Assembly (NCBI GenBank): GCA_938045545.1
Contig: CALIBN010000003.1
Span: forward strand, 1 to 16,370
DNA: 16,370 bases
Origin: an uncultured archaeon
GTDB lineage: Archaea; Thermoproteota; EX4484-205; JAAOZP01
Reading direction: 5' to 3'
The notes under the pieces were generated by a model. The model was not told where the DNA came from. It searched no databases and worked only from the letters and a program-made list of their open reading frames with translations. Below are positions 16,089 through 16,370 of the stretch, piece after piece (the stretch's first letter is position 1; the number at the start of each line of letters is the position of its first letter). Position numbers and translations under genes: made by a program.

Positions 16089-16325
16089 CTAATCGTCTGG
16101 TCCCCTTATCGGTATCCTTGCCTTAGCCCTTATGTAGTCGAACTCGGTGACGGGTATTCCAGCTATTTCAGCAGCCCTCCCTATGGATACCCTGCCCTCC
16201 ATGTAGAGCTCTAAGGCTAGCTTAACCCTGTTCGGAAGGGATTCGAAGTAATCCCAGTCTATGGGGACAAGTAAATCATCCTCGGTGAACCAGTATTTCC
16301 TTGTCTTCAATGCCTCCTGAGACAT
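16089..16325 (-). CDS. UPF0175-family HTH antitoxin-like protein
   Basis: LALELYMEGRVSIGRAAEIAGIPVTEF matches UPF0175, in its usual position upstream of DUF3368. Confidence 0.85.
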   Translation of the reverse strand: MSQEALKTRKYWFTEDDLLVPIDWDYFESLPNRVKLALELYMEGRVSIGRAAEIAGIPVTEFDYIRAKARIPIRGPDD

Positions 16326-16370
16326 TCGACCCTAACGATTTATTCACGACATTCGGCTTAAATGCTTTTT

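Noticed and set aside
1-16370. tRNA, rRNA, integrase, transposase or cas genes
   Set aside because: None was recognisable by eye. Small ncRNAs in 12995-13150 or 14005-14160 cannot be excluded without a covariance-model search.

Overview
Archaeal DNA, probably from a TACK/Thermoproteota-type lineage: it has GatDE, eS30, an eL22-like gene, TATA-box promoters and many leaderless or TTG starts. Bases 1-11.2 kb hold an ECF S-component, an eL22-like ribosomal protein, gatE-gatD and an acylphosphatase fused to a tandem-repeat coiled coil. They also hold a four-gene operon (USP, cation/proton antiporter, radical SAM/SPASM enzyme, DGC protein) divergent from a Cys-tailed Lrp regulator, followed by elp3. 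Bases 11.2-16.4 kb are a plastic region with two intact vapBC-type modules, a decayed second copy of the elp3 5' end and promoter, MoaD/SAMP and HicA remnants, rps30e and a DUF996 membrane protein. It ends with a UPF0175/DUF3368 pair whose PIN gene is split by an antisense ORFan cassette bounded by a 14-bp repeat. All family calls are by motif recognition and hand alignment; no database search was run.
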